A stretch of 63,704 nucleotides of DNA, the filler included, from Octopus bimaculoides (taxonomy: Eukaryota), in assembly GCF_001194135.2 (NCBI RefSeq). It is 6 parts of 5 records of this genome, joined end to end, with 100 filler letters (N's around TTAATTAATTAA, not from the genome) between each part and the next. Parts side by side here need not be neighbours in the genome. Positions count along the whole stretch, not along the records: positions 24,631 to 37,148 come from NC_068989.1; positions 37,249 to 53,535 come from NC_068986.1; 4 more parts are not named here. The stretch is one strand, 5' to 3'. The notes beneath the pieces are model-generated. The model saw nothing but the letters and a program-made list of their open reading frames with translations. It made no database searches and was not told the DNA's origin. The position numbers were made by a program, and so were the translations under genes. Of this stretch, positions 32,146-47,129 are shown piece after piece. Position 1 is the first letter of the stretch; every line of letters starts with the position of its first letter.

Positions 32146-33735
32146 CCGTTCGTGGAAAGAGACGGCTTGAAGGTTATTACGGTCAAGAATCTTTCCGAAA
32201 ATCAAATCTCACTTGAAATTCCAAGAGCTATCTGAATGTGTTCTATGTCTGCTAAATTTTAAAATGGTGTAAGTGCCAATTGTCTTCAGTGAGTTGGGTG
32301 TGTTCGAATTGACTGGTGATTTATTTTTATCGACCCCGAAAGAATGAAACGTAAAGTTGATTTCACTGGGTTTCGAACTCAGAACGTAAAGAGCAATAAC
32401 GGGACTCAGCTTAGCATTTTTGTCCGACATTATAAACGATTCTGCCACTCACTCCACCGCTATTACTTCTGGTATGATATTACAAATGATTCACGCGGAC
32501 GATGAACTATATTACGCAATAGATCTAATGACCTTGTTCAGTGAAAAAAAAAATAAGAAGAAGGAAAAGTATTGTATTTACGTTAGCGTGTTGAGGCAAG
32601 ATGGCTGAATTGATAAATCCAGTGAAAGAGAGATAGTAAGATCTCTGTTTTGTTTGCTCCCGTCAAGTATTCATTTTTACTGGTGAGTTTGATGTAACTG
32701 ACGTTCACCTTAAACTTACTGATAGAATCATGCTTGATTTAATGGTAAAATGGACACGAATGGTACAACCCCCACTCCCAGAAAATCAGCGTCTTTTCAT
32801 CTAAACCAATAATCAATAATTTATAAATTATCGATTTTTCCCCTTGTGTACAAGAGCTCTCAATTTATAGATGAATAAATGGGATGCTGTAATCTTCATG
32901 TCTTCCCTAAATGTATTAGTCTTTTTGCTTTTTGTTGGTGGCGAAGGATATCCTTTTAAAGGCTATAATAAACACCATCTTATTTATAAGCTGTCACATG
33001 GTCTATTTACGTCCAAATGATATCTTAACGGCCATTTAATATTTTATATCCACTAAATAACTCTCTTTTACCATACGATATTTCATAGTATCGACCTTCA
33101 GTTTCGTATCTCTCTTATTCTGTTAATTTTGTCTTTCCTTTCTCCGGGAATCGAGAAAATAAATATACGTAACATGCGATGCCATGCCATGCTATAATCC
33201 TTAACTACTTGATGTAGTCGTGGTGTTGCTGTCCCGACGTGATATACGACGTGTCCTGGGCAACTTTTAGACCTGCAGGAGCCTATCTCTCTGTCGTACT
33301 TTTACATTGTTTCATCACTTCATCGACAAGGAAACACCAATAAATGATGTTACATATTCCGAAATAATATCATACACTGTACTGCTTTCCTTTTTAACAT
33401 TAGTGTCTTTTTATAAATCTTTCCACACACCCAACAAAGGGCTGAGGAATATAAAACGCACAGCGTGTTGCAATGTTTATTTCGGCTGCACTTAGTCAGT
33501 TTTATGTATGTGCCAGGTTAGTTACAGGAACTATTGCTTCGGTTGGTAGGGCTATCCGAATATGTTCTATCGCTCTTAAATTTAAAGATACAGGAAGAGG
33601 CAAATGTCTTCACTAAGTTGGGTGTGTTCCAGTATGAGAGTTTAATTGTGTTTTAGTTGAAACTTTTATGGTAACAATAGTATGGAGGAAAATACTTATG
33701 TAGATGATAAAAGAAAGTACTAACCATAGTTGTCA

Positions 33736-33786
<51 letters not shown>

Positions 33787-34320
33787 TGCACATACACATG
33801 CATATATNNNNNNNNNNNNNNNNNNNNNNNNNNNNNNNNNNNNNNNNNNNNNNNNNNNNNNNNNNNNNNNNNNNNNNNNNNNNNNNNNNNNNNNNNNNNN
33901 NNNNNNNNNNNNNNNNNNNNNNNNNNNNNNNNNNNNNNNNNNNNNNNNNNNNNNNNNNNNNNNNNNNNNNNNNNNNNNNNNNNNNNNNNNNNNNNNNNNN
34001 NNNNNNNNNNNNNNNNNNNNNNNNNNNNNNNNNNNNNNNNNNNNNNNNNNNNNNNNNNNNNNNNNNNNNNNNNNNNNNNNNNNNNNNNNNNNNNNNNNNN
34101 NNNNNNNNNNNNNNNNNNNNNNNNNNNNNNNNNNNNNNNNNNNNNNNNNNNNNNNNNNNNNNNNNNNNNNNNNNNNNNNNNNNNNNNNNNNNNNNNNNNN
34201 NNNNNNNNNNNNNNNNNNNNNNNNNNNNNNNNNNNNNNNNNNNNNNNNNNNNNNNNNNNNNNNNNNNNNNNNNNNNNNNNNNNNNNNNNNNNNNNNNNNN
34301 NNNNNNNNNNNNNNNNNNNN

Positions 34321-34409
34321 AAGAAGAAGAAGAAGAAGAAGAAGAAGAAGAAGAAGAAGAAGAAGAAGAAGAAGAAGAAGAAGAAGAAGAAGAAGAAGAA
34401 GAAGAAGAA
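34321..34409 (+). repeat. (AAG)n microsatellite
   Basis: Perfect trinucleotide run. Confidence 0.95.
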
Positions 34410-34499
34410 AACCGAATTTGCTTATTGATTGATTCACTATATCCATTTGATTTCAGGATTGTAAAGCGAAACGAAAAGTTGAAAACTACAATTCCTTAA

Positions 34500-34788
34500 A
34501 TTTTGAGATTGCGAGGATATGGAACATAAAATCTGTAAAGATTATACTTGTGATAATTGGTGCATTAGGAACTGAGAGTGACAACATAAACAAACGGATA
34601 AAGGAGTTTGAAATGAAATGTCCTGTAGAGGTTCTACTGAAGGTTTGTCTCTAAGAAACAAGAAAAATCACCAGAAGAGTTTGGAGCACTTGATAGCTTA
34701 TTGAAATCATGTGAATATCTAAGGTCACGGGTAGTAACCCGCTACCCATATAAATTCTACTAAGAATAAGACCATGCCTGAGTCAATT

Positions 34789-34835
<47 letters not shown>
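34500..34835 (+). mobile_element. R4/Dong-type RLE non-LTR retrotransposon 3' end with (AAT)n tail
   Basis: EIARIWNIKSVKIILVIIGALGT..VEVLLKVCL*ETRKITRRVW, a short UTR, then (AAT)n at 34791-34835. Confidence 0.8.
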
Positions 34836-34934
34836 CCTTTCTATATGCAAAAGAATCTAGCAGAACAAACAAGAACGAATGTTCTGAGAAGTAAAACAAT
34901 AATAATCATAATAATAATGATTTCAAATTTTGGC

Positions 34935-35120
34935 ACAAGGCCAGAAATTTAGGGGAGGGGATAACTCATCGACCACAGCATTCAACTGGTACTTATTTTA
35001 TCGCCCTCGGAAGGATGAAAGGCAGTCAGCCTCGGTGGCATTTCAACCTAGAAGTAAAGACGTAAATTCTGCTAAGCATTTTGCGCTGCGTGTTAACGAT
35101 TCTACCAGCTCGCCGCCGTA
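34935..35120 (-). mobile_element. SINE family 2 (GGCGAGCTGG head)
   Basis: Shares ACTGGTACTTATTTTATCG..GGATGAAAGGC..CTGCTAAGCATTT..CCAGCTCGCC with 40720-41120 and 45190-45530. Confidence 0.8.
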
Positions 35121-36113
35121 GTAATAATAATAATAATAACAACAAAACAAGAATAATAATAATAATAATAATAATAAACACGGGAAAATAAAACGAAGTG
35201 AAGCTTATATATGGTCATAAGACTCATACAAATACGTTAAACATGACTGACATTTTTATTTTATGTGTCAAAACTAACGTATTTACAGCTGATGTAAGAC
35301 GTAAAGTGTCGTTGAAAAACATCGCCGTCACACAACACAAACGCTTCTGTATTTTTGTTGTTTAGATAGATATATCATCAAAATATATGACTCCATCGGT
35401 ACATGCAAAATACTGTTATCAGAAGATTACCATGTTTGTGTGTTTGCTTCTGTTTACTTGTTTGTTTGTTTGTTTGTTTGTGTGTTTGTGAGTGTATGTG
35501 AATGTGTGTGCGGGTGTGTGTGAGAGAGAAAGAGAGAGGGAGAGGGGGCGAGAGTGAGAGTGAGAGTGAGAATGAGAGAAAGAATGGGAGATCTTGTAAA
35601 AGAAAGAAAAAACAAATCAATACATAAGTAGAGTATATATTATTCATGAGTTTTGAAGTTATATAATTCATCTCAAGGGTATATGTGTGTCTGTGTGTGT
35701 GTGTGGACACGCGCGTGTGTGTATGTCAGTGTGTGTGTACGTACGCGCGTGTGTGTATGTCAGTGTGTGTGTATACACAAATATATAAATACATGCGTAC
35801 AAATACATACGTACGTATACATTTCTCTCTATCTATCTAGTTATACACACAGATACACATATATACAGATACATACCCACCCACTCACATTCCACATACA
35901 CACACATATATATAGATACAGACAACGCATACACAAACACGCATACATGTATGGATATATATTCTTGATCAAATGAGTTTCAAAGTCAAGTTTGGCAAGT
36001 CACATGTACGAAACTTTCGGCCTGTAAGCCACTTATAATTTGCTACCGATTAAAAATTTAAAATTTATATATATACGTAGATGTGTGCGTGCGTGTGTTC
36101 GTATGAGTATGTA

Positions 36114-36147
<34 letters not shown>

Positions 36148-36270
36148 GTGTTTTCTCGTCTACGTTTTGTTTGCAATGTCCTGTACCCAGATATGCACCT
36201 ATACATACAGGTGGATGTCGGTACGCACATACCTGTACGTATATATGCATATACTCATTTACTATTTGTT

Positions 36271-36321
<51 letters not shown>

Positions 36322-36914
36322 AAAGGAATGTTGTTTACAACATTCCAAAATGTAACCAAACAATTATTTCTTTAGGTTCAGTCAAAGTAAAGAATCCTTG
36401 ACATGCCCACTAAACCATGACGCTAAACCACATACTGATTGGTCGAAATACAGTTAGAACTTAATTGGCATGCTCACCAAACCTTGACACCAAAGCCACA
36501 TACTGATTGGTCAAATTACAGTTCATAAGATTCAACTTGCTTGAGCCTATCGGTGTGGGGGGGGGGGTATCTAAAGAGAAAATCTAACCATTTTTCTACA
36601 GTTGTTAGTTGTGGAACACAACTGTCACTTGCATAAACCTGATGATTGCGTAATGCATGAAAGTACGATTTGCAAATAATATAACGTGAAAATCAGATTT
36701 AGTTGGAATTTGATTGACGAATACGTGTGTGTGTGTTGTGATGAGAGTTATGACGCCCCCTTGCGAGAGTTACTGGTCTGAGTAAAGTATAATTAGTAAC
36801 GATCCGAGTGAATTCAAAGGTTTAGTGTTTGGAGTCGAGTGAAGTTCGTATAAGTTCGCAGTGAAGTTAAAAATGTGTTGGCTGGTTAATTCACAAGGAA
36901 TTCTTTTATTCGTT

Positions 36915-37100
36915 TATTTGTTTCAATCATTTGACTGCGGCCATGCTGGAGCACCGCGTTTAGTCGAACAAATCGACCCCAGGACTTATTCTTTGTAAAC
37001 CTAGTACTTATTCTATCGGTGTCTTATTCCGAACCGCTAAGTTACGGGGAGGTAAATACACCAACATCGGTTGTCAAGCAATGGTGGAGGGACAAACACA

Positions 37101-37148
<48 letters not shown>
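36915..37148 (-). mobile_element. SINE family 1, 3' part
   Basis: TTGTTTCAATCATTTGACTGCGGCCATGCTGGAGCACCGC... Confidence 0.85.
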
Positions 37149-37248
37149 NNNNNNNNNNNNNNNNNNNNNNNNNNNNNNNNNNNNNNNNNNNNTTAATTAA
37201 TTAANNNNNNNNNNNNNNNNNNNNNNNNNNNNNNNNNNNNNNNNNNNN
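37149..37248. other. Artificial assembly linker N44-TTAATTAATTAA-N44
   Basis: As at 24531. Confidence 0.9.
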
Positions 37249-37997
37249 ATATATATATACATATATGTATACATGTACGTTTATATATATGATAAATTAC
37301 CATTGTGTGTGTGTGTGTGTGTGTGTGTGCGTCTGTAAAGTTTAGGCAAATGGGGTATCAGAGTACATATAGAAGTACTTGTAGGAAGCATTGCGCTTAA
37401 ACTGATTGCGATGTTTACATCTATAAAATATATAAGAATATATCCACAAACAGAAAAAGGAAACATACATCAACAGTATTGCATAAACAAAATACTCACG
37501 TCGTAGATATCAGTAAATCAGCCGTAAACGATTCCATGTAATAAAATAACGGAAAAACATGCAGAAATGCAGGAGCTGTATCTGATCTCTTTTGGATATG
37601 AATGATAAGGTTTTGCTGGGCTTTTTGAAATGTTTCTATATCAGATGTCCAATTAACATTATAGATGTATGCACGTGATTGCAAGAGAGCGTACGTCGAT
37701 GCTCTGCTGTACTGATTCACTGCAGGATTTCTATATCGATATCGAAGCAGGAGATGAGCTGAAATGTGCGTAACTGTGTTTATTCACATGTGTGTGTGTG
37801 TGTGTTCAAATATAGTTATGCCTGGTTATGTATATATTTATGTCTGTATACGTACGCATGCATATACTTGTATATAAATTGGCAAATAAATATATTTTTG
37901 TGCAGTGTATGTATATTTCCGCATGCAGAAGTGTCTATCAAATAAATTCGTAGGAAAAATAAATCTTTCATTGCTGTGCATACATGCATTCCTATAT

Positions 37998-38061
<64 letters not shown>

Positions 38062-38379
38062 NNNNNNNNNNNNNNNNNNNNNNNNNNNNNNNNNNNNNNN
38101 NNNNNNNNTATATATGTATATATATACATCGGTATGCATATATATATACCTATATATATATGTTTGTGTGTGTATATATATATAAGTTTGTATATAAACT
38201 TACATATATATATATATCTATATATGCATATATATAAATATGTATATTCATCTTTTGCTTGGCTTGAGTCGCATGGCTGCAGGTAGACTGGACCACCACC
38301 ATGGTAGGTGAAGTACTTATTCCAATAAATTGGACCGAATATTTTTTTTTTTAATTCTTGTACTCATTTCTCGTTCGCT

Positions 38380-38575
38380 TTTGCTGAACCGCTATGCTAG
38401 GGGAGATAACTAAGCCAACACCGATTGTTATTCTGTGGTGTATTAAAAAAATACAAACTCAAAGACTCACAAACATAGTCACACACACAAAAAACATATA
38501 CAGACACATACAGGCGACGGGGCTTCTTTCTGTTTCCGTCTACCAAATCCATTCGCAAGGTGTTATTCAGCCCGG
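38380..38575 (-). mobile_element. SINE family 1, internal part
   Basis: GACGGGGCTTCTTTCTGTTTCCGTCTACCAAATCC. Confidence 0.75.
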
Positions 38576-40221
38576 GGTGACAGGTGAATTGGAAGGTGAC
38601 TTGCAGTGACCCTGAACCTTGACCATACAACACAACCACCACCATTACTTTGTTCAACTTTCCAGGACATATATGAACATATAGAAAACTAGATTCATGT
38701 TCTCCCCACAAAATACTTCCTATTAAGGTTTAGTTCATCGATAATTTCATTACAAGAATATACAATGCGACAGCCCTTCATTTGTGACATCCTGATTATT
38801 TGTTTCATCCTAGCACAACTTTCATTCAGGCCTCAATTGGAATACTTCTATCAACTCCGAAAAAATAAAATACAAAATGAACCTAAGCTGGAATATCAGC
38901 GAAAGATATAAAGACATACGAAATGACGCTAAGCATCTTGTTCGGTGTCCTAGCGATCCTGCCAGCTTGCTGTCTTAGATTAATAGAAATATCAACATCC
39001 TACACAGAATGGTTCCCCTAAAGTAATCGTCTGTATAAAGCTGTCCACAATGCAACATGAAAAATTTGCAAACAAATTGTTTGTTCCTTCTGGGTTTTTT
39101 TTTCTTTTTAAATTAGACGCAGGTTCATCGCAAGAAAGTAACTTGTAGCATTTCGTGGATTTCCTAATGAATCAAACCGGCCTTAAAGCATTTTCCATAT
39201 TAGAAAAAAGTAGTTCTACTGAAAACGGAGCGTTCCAGGGAAACGAAGGTTGATTGTAGCCGCATAGGTTCGAACCATAAATATTGTATTCTATTCGCCT
39301 CTAATCGAAGATGAATCATATTTCAATAAAACTTCGTTTTAAACTTCATCTTCTATATTGAGTTATAACAAACATGGAGCAAAAAATATACACGAAAATC
39401 ATTTCGAATATTTTTCTCACTCAAACTCACCTTCTAGCTCTCTTTCACTTCTATTTCTATCTAACACTTAACATATATAGGTTTATCATTGCCAACATAC
39501 ACACAACACACACACACACACACACACATATGTAAATACATCCACCCAAAACACATATAAATGTTTATATACACCCATACATTTACGGCTCCTCCCACAC
39601 ATGCACACTCAAATATATAAATTCTCAGATATATACACGTAAAAATGAGTCAGTATAAGGTAAACGCGTGTATGCATATTATTTCTATGAATATATAAAA
39701 ATATATATACACATATTTGTATAGAAATGGAAATGTGTATATATATGTGTGTGTCCGTGTGTGTGTGTGTGTGTGTGTTTGTGTGTGTATGTATAAGCGT
39801 GTGTATATATGCGCAAATATAGTAATAGATAGATCTATACATATACTCAGTCATACAAAACACGTTTTGTAGTTGAAGTGCATGCATGAAGTGTGTGTGT
39901 ATGTGAATGTGGGTGTCTTTATTTTATATCAAATGTAATGTGTTCATCATAAAAAAAAAAAATGCTTATATTTCTTTTATAAACTGCTCTTTACTTAAAA
40001 CACGCCGGTGGAAATGTTCTAAATTTAGTTTCGATGCGTGATCTTATTTGAAGGAATTCGACGTTGATATATTACCTCTATTACCGACTTTTGTACATTT
40101 ACCATTCTTCCGTCATGAATACTTAAAATCTATGGCTCAATTCATACTTTACTAAAGTGGGATTATATTTTTAAAAAAATGGCCATACATATATCTATAT
40201 GCATAGAGAAATATACGTATG

Positions 40222-40258
<37 letters not shown>

Positions 40259-40719
40259 ACACACACGCACANNNNNNNNNNTACATATATATATATATAC
40301 ACATACACACACACAAACACTTTCAAACACATGCACACAAATGTATTATATATATATATATTATATATGTAATTTCTTTCTTTTTGTCTTTTCTTAATGA
40401 ATTGCAATATCTGACGTGATAACTTTTAGAATTTTGTTTTGCAGAAAAACAAGTTCAATAATTTGTATATGTATATATATATGCATGTGTGCGTGTGTGT
40501 GTGTACGTGTGTGTACGTGTGTGTGCATGTATAATATGCATACATGCGTACTTGTATACATACATATATATGTGTGCTAGTGCGCGTGCATGTGTGTGCA
40601 AGCTCATGCCTGTATATATATGTATGTATACTCACACACATACATATCGATGTACGTATCAACGTATTATTCTGTACGTACGTAGATTTCAAGCTATATT
40701 TCCTTTCTGCTCTAGGCAC

Positions 40720-41120
40720 AGGGCCCGAAATTTTGAGGTGAAGGGGGGGGGGCAGTCGATTAGGTCTACCCCAGTGTGCAACTGGTACTTTATTTATAAG
40801 GCAAAGTCGACCTCGGTGGAATTTGAACTCAGAACCTAATGACACAAGAAATACCGCTAAACATTTCGCCCGGTATGCTGACGTTTCTTATTTCTTTATT
40901 GCTCACAAAGGTCTAAATATAGAGGGGACAAACAAGGTCAGACAAAGGGATTAAGTCGATTACATCGAATCCCAGAGCATAACTGGTACTTAATTTATCG
41001 ACTCCGACAGGATGAAAGGCAAAGTCGACCTCGGTGGAATTTGAACTCAGAGCGTAAGACGGACGAAATACTGCAAAACTTATCACCCGGCATTCTAATG
41101 ATTCTGCCAGCTCGCCACTG
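40720..41120 (-). mobile_element. SINE family 2 dimer-like composite
   Basis: A full monomer joined to a second head-truncated monomer; same junction as 45190-45530. Confidence 0.8.
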
Positions 41121-41124
41121 TTTA

Positions 41125-41330
41125 CATTGACTGAGTTCAGGCATGTTTCACTTACGACTGTGAGATCTTTGTTTCGAATCCCTGACCAGTAGCACGTTGT
41201 GTTCTTGAGCAAAACACTTCATTTCACGTTACTCCATTCCACTCAACTCGCAAAACTGAATAATCTTGTAACAGACTTGACTTCCGGTCACAGGGAATGT
41301 TGGCCTGAAATCCTAGCCAGCGGGATGGTT
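41125..41330 (+). mobile_element. Old SINE with CORE/V-like central motif
   Basis: GTTTCGAATCCC B box followed by GTGTTCTTGAGCAAAACACTTCATTTCACGTTACTCCATTCCACTCA. Confidence 0.55.
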
Positions 41331-41438
41331 TCAATCGTAAGATAAAACGCTTTAGAGCGCGCTCTGACCAGCTGTGTATAACATCTGATACTCTGGTCGA
41401 AATCATGATCACGTGATATTGTATGTCATAAGGTAGAC

Positions 41439-41744
41439 CAGAGCTTCTCAAACTTTTTGGGCCACCATCACCCCTCATAGCCACACAATACCCTCAGCGC
41501 TCCCACCCTTATTTTTATGTTTTACTAGTTTATATATATACTATGAATCATTTGATATTCAATATATTATATAATTTGTATACAATACTATTATGTTTTA
41601 ATAAATTCATAGCGTCCCCTATTCCACTACCATCCTCCAAACGCGTCCTTTTTCTCTACCGCCTCCACCCTTAGGCACCAGCACCCACCTTGACCGTCTC
41701 AATGTCCTCGGGTGTGGGGGTAGTGCCCAATTTGAGAAACTATG
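41439..41744. mobile_element. hAT-Charlie-like MITE
   Basis: TIRs CAGAGCTTCTCAAACT and AATTTGAGAAACTATG; degenerate 8-bp TSD AGGTAGAC/ATGTAGAA with central TAGA. Confidence 0.75.
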
Positions 41745-42345
41745 ATGTAGAATATAGTCTGCGTGATCTATATATGAGATGGTTGATTATTTCGGAACTA
41801 GTGATATAGTTGGTATTTTAACTGAGTTAGGCATTAACAATATAGCAATATGGCATATATCATAAGTTATTTTTACAACAGAGCCTGGAAGTATTTTGTG
41901 GTGATTTTGCAATACTTGTATACAATTGTGTACAGTGGCAATCGGTTTTATTGGCCTGCATGATAGATTAGCTAATAAACACACTTAATATGCTATATTA
42001 ATGTTACTGAATATTGATACAAGAAATATCACTCTCTCCCTGTCGCTCTCTGTCTCTTTCTCTCTCTTTCTCATTCTCTCTCTCTCTATCTCTCTTTCTC
42101 ATTCTCTCTCTCTCTCTCTCTCTTTCTCATTATCTCTCTCTCTTTCTCATTCTCTCTCTCTCTTTCTTTCTCTGCATATACTTACATATATATTTATATG
42201 CGCACACACACACACACACGTATATATATATATACATATAGACACACAGGCACACAAATATATTCATACACACATACACACATATATATATATATATTAA
42301 TCTATACGTATTATATATAATATATATGTGTGTGTGTATACATAC

Positions 42346-42398
<53 letters not shown>

Positions 42399-43388
42399 TG
42401 TTTATATAGTGAAAAAAATGACAGAAGAGCTGCAGAGTTTGCCCTTACATTAATACGACCGATTACTATGAAATTGAATATTGGAAAAATTTCTTTATTT
42501 TCTCTTCACATACGCACGCACCTACACACTCACCTGCCCCCCCCCCACACACACACACACACATCAATTGTATACTGCAATTAAGTATTTAAGTTTATGC
42601 TCGTGTATGCTATGAAAATGCTTTATAGTTACATACAAATCTATGAAGACGGGAAAATAAATTCGAGCTAAATGTTAACCAGTAATATCTGCAATGCTAC
42701 ACAATCTCCCAACGCCTTGATATAGCAAAGCTTTCCTGTTAGAGGACCCCATGAAAGGGTCTTCTGGCTGGATGGTCCAGTCAGCAGAGATATTAGTCAT
42801 AAGGGATAAGCTCCCACTTTTATGCAGTAGAGAAACTATGGAAGATATACGGAACCGAGAGAAAGGTCTAAATGGACTTCACCATAAAACGTGTTCCCTA
42901 CTATAATATAATGTAGTATCTAAAAATAATATATAACTTGATATAATATAATGATATAATATATATNNNNNNNNNNNNNNNNNNNNNNNNNNNNNNNNNN
43001 NNNNNNNNNNNNNNNNNNGTGTGTGTGTGTGTGTGTAGGCACGCATACCTAAAATAATGTATATATATATACATATATATATATATATGTTTGTGTATGT
43101 GTGTGTGTGCGTGTGTGTGTGTGTGTGCGTGTGTGTGTGTGCATGTGTGTGTGTGTTCATGCATATAGTCCTGCAATAATGTCACAAAATAAACGAATAT
43201 AACGAATAAAATAATAAAAATGAACATATTTTCATAACAAACTAGAAATTGAATGCAATGAAAACATAAAACACAAAAACAAACAAACAAAAGAACACAT
43301 TTATAAAATATACATATCCACTGCTATATGTTATTAAGAAAGCATAGCGAAGTCATTAATAATTTAACGAGAATTTTTATCAACATTA

Positions 43389-43434
<46 letters not shown>

Positions 43435-45189
43435 CGATAATTATATTATTACTATTATTATTATCGATAATAATATTATTACTATTTTCATTGTCGCCAT
43501 TTCATTATTAGCACATTAATTATTAGTATTTGGTATCAGTAGCTTATCGGTAATATATTTCTAATTAAATTTTGTAAATATGTTACAGAAAAAAAGAAAA
43601 TGTAGATATCTCTATGACTTTTTGTGGAATGTATTTGAATATTTATTCCTGTGCCTGTATATATGGCTGTCCTTTTGTTATTTTTTTTTTAAATGTATTC
43701 ACCAATGGAGAAACAGGCAGTTTCCAAACCAGTTAGAATATTATTCCCCTAATAGAATTTAAGCAAAAACAACAATATATATATATATATNNNNNNNNNN
43801 NNNNNNNNNNNNNNNNNNNNNNNNNNNNNNNNNNNNNNNNNNNNNNNNNNNNNNNNNATATATATAATATAAATAATATATAAATATATGCATTTATCCA
43901 TACATATATGTACATACCTACATCTATATGTATACATAGATGCATATATTGGTACAGAACATCACAAAAAAAAAAACCTTTAAAACAATGAGAAATGAAA
44001 ACAGAAAACGAACTTTTTTCTCGAACAGCGATAAAAACAGAGAAACAAGACATGCAACATAAAGAATAATTCTCTTCATCAGTTGTCCCTGTCCATCTAC
44101 TCTGCGTTTCGAAGGCAAGGACAATACGCGACTACCTTGGAACAGTCCTTCCCGCAAAGCAAATGAAATAAAATTTGGAATATTTTGTGGAGGGTGAAAG
44201 TGTTAACAAGAACAGGACAGTGAGGCAGTGAAAACAAACAATAAGGCCTAGACGATAGAAAAATTATTATATTTTTCAACGCTAGTAGACGTGAGTGAGA
44301 GAAGAGACAAGAGACAGAAAAATCACGTCTTCTCTATAAGAAGCAAGCGGATAGAAAGAAAGAATCCCTTTCGTCACGTGTCAGCGACGAGAAGGTCAAG
44401 GAGAAAGAGTGAGAGAGTGAGAGGAAACGGTGAAAGGGAGAGAAGAATAGGAAAATGGTGGGAGAGAAAAACAGACAGTAAATGCATGTATCATGTATTT
44501 ATATCTATATAACTGACAACGTATGCAAGCCTGAATTATGCCGCATTGATGGATATGTTTCATTTGACTGTTTGGATAGACACATAAAATTACACGCACA
44601 CACCAATCCCCAAAATATGAACACAGGTTTCATACTCTATACGTAGACACTATTGAAAACTATACTGATGTGATTTCTTTCGGAAAGAAAGTCCCTTCAT
44701 ATACATGTTGTTTTAATAAAACAATATACGTGAAAGGGAAACAAACGCCGTTACAGTTATGAGATATGAGGACATTAGATGTGCTTCGCCCTTCTTGGGT
44801 TTTGTTAATAATGTGAATGATTTAATAAATACTTGAACGGAATTTGTGCTTCATTATATCAAAAACAGTGAATAATATATTCAGGTGTTGTTGAATGTTT
44901 GCTGCTCTGCAAAAGAACATGAACATAAAACACGAGGAATGCAATTGAACCAGTATTAAATTTCCATAACCACTCATGCATATACTTGTATGTTCATAAC
45001 TGTGAAAAGGCATTTATGAATGACTAAACGTCTGGAACGTTTTATTTATTATCACAGTTCTAAACAATGACTTCTGCTCATAGTTTCTAAATTGAATTAT
45101 ATTTCTGTTATGTATTTCGTTTCAAAGGTTCCTGATTTGTACTCGAACTTTGAAACGTATACTGCTCTGTGTCGAGGGAAATTATTATA

Positions 45190-45530
45190 CCAATAATGAG
45201 CTGACTCCGAAAGGATGAAAAGCAAATTCGATTGCGGTGGAATTTGAACTCAGAATGAAATACTGCAAAGTATTCACCCGGCGTGCTAACGTTTCTTATT
45301 TCTTTTTATTGTCCACAAGGGGCTAAACATAGAGGGGACAAACAAGGGCAAACAAAGAGATTAAGTCGATCACATCGACCCCAGTGCGTAACTGGTACTT
45401 AATTTATCGACCTCGAAAGGATGAAAGGCAAAGTAGGCCTAGGCGGAATTTGATCTCAGAACGTAAAGACAGACGAAAGACTGCTAAGCATTTCATCCGG
45501 TGTGCTAACGTTTCTGCCAGCTCGCCGTCT
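45190..45530 (-). mobile_element. SINE family 2 dimer-like composite
   Basis: Sense junction ..CAATAAAAAGAAATAAG|AAACGTTAGCACGCCGGG... Confidence 0.8.
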
Positions 45531-45732
45531 TAGTAACACGATATATTGATTAGAAATTATGTTTTGTGGGTTTGTTACCAATTAATTTTCAAGATAATTA
45601 GTTTGCTTCCCACCGCATCCCATTTGACATCAGCTTCCATCTGTAGTTATACAAGATGTCTGTGACAATTAAGTAACGTAAATTCGACAGTTTTCTTTAT
45701 CGTCGGTGTACAAAGAAAATTATAATAGAAGT

Positions 45733-45736
<4 letters not shown>

Positions 45737-45827
<91 letters not shown>

Positions 45828-45828
45828 T
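45737..45828 (+). repeat. (AG)n microsatellite
   Basis: Dinucleotide run. Confidence 0.95.
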
Positions 45829-46951
45829 AACTTCCTGTTCGCATCATTTGTAGCTGCACCATTTTATACTAACGATGTTCTGTAAAAAGTCCACTCAGAG
45901 TCTCAATGTAAGAGTCTTTATCATTTTCAAAAATTATGGATAAACAAATATAAAATTATTCTGCTGATCCGCCTTAATTTAATTAAAGGCATTTTACTTA
46001 ATGAGAACCAATGAAACACTTATACACAGAGGCGCACTGAATCCTGATCATTTATATGCTTTTGTCTTTTCAACGTTTTTGATCAACTCAGTGGAGCTAT
46101 ATTGTTCATTTTCGTTTTCATGCGATCTCATTCTATAATGTCTCAGAATGAGAAACAGAGGACAAAGTCCATGACCTTTATCACGGTTTCCAAAATTTGG
46201 GGGCAGGAGAGACGGTTTATTTTCTCATAAAGAAATATGACTTGAAGCCTTGTAAGAGAGTGTGCTCCAAGTAATGACGGAAAACAAGGAAACGAGCTAC
46301 GATTAAGAGCAAGAACAATGTGTCTCACTCGCTCCCACATTGATTCAATTCCTTGATTTGTGCAATCGATTGTAAGGCCACAAATAAATGTTGTTTATTA
46401 GCTGTCTAATTACTTAATCAGACCACAGTGGCAGCTTTTTTTGTTTTCTTCTCGAACACATGTCAATAAAAACACGAAATAGCTTCACTCACCAGCTGGG
46501 AAGCGCTCGTTAAATGCCAAGTAGATATGTGAAAAAGAAATATGAAGATTCTACTTGTATGTCTATAAATATAATTCTGTCATTAATCTATTTTATTGAT
46601 AAATAAACCTAGAGTAATTTATTTTAATTATGGTGTATTGGTTATCCAACATCTCAGTTAGACATAAATATTAACGTGTAGGTTATTAACAGACACTTGA
46701 AATTTAATTATCCTTTCATGTTGTTTATGAGAGGCGTTTGAGCTTATTAGTATTTCATCCTCAACACACGTTCATTGAGATGTAAACGGATATAAAGACC
46801 CGTGCACACGCGCTTACATAGACAAATAAAAAGATATGTACATACATATTCACACACACACACACACACACACATAATGACACATGTATTAATATCTATA
46901 TATCTATCAATCTCTCAATCTCTCATTCTGTCTATGTGTCCGTGTGTGTGA

Positions 46952-47017
<66 letters not shown>

Positions 47018-47129
47018 ATACACACACACAAACACACACACTGAGATATGTATGTATGTATGTGTGTATGTATGTGTTTGCGTGTGTGTGTTTATGGATA
47101 GATACATGCATATGATCAACACAAAAAGG

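Noticed and set aside
44065-44130. Minus-strand GAAAC..GTA..CTGATGA as a permuted (type II) hammerhead
   Set aside because: No stem I can be formed and stem II pairing is weak.
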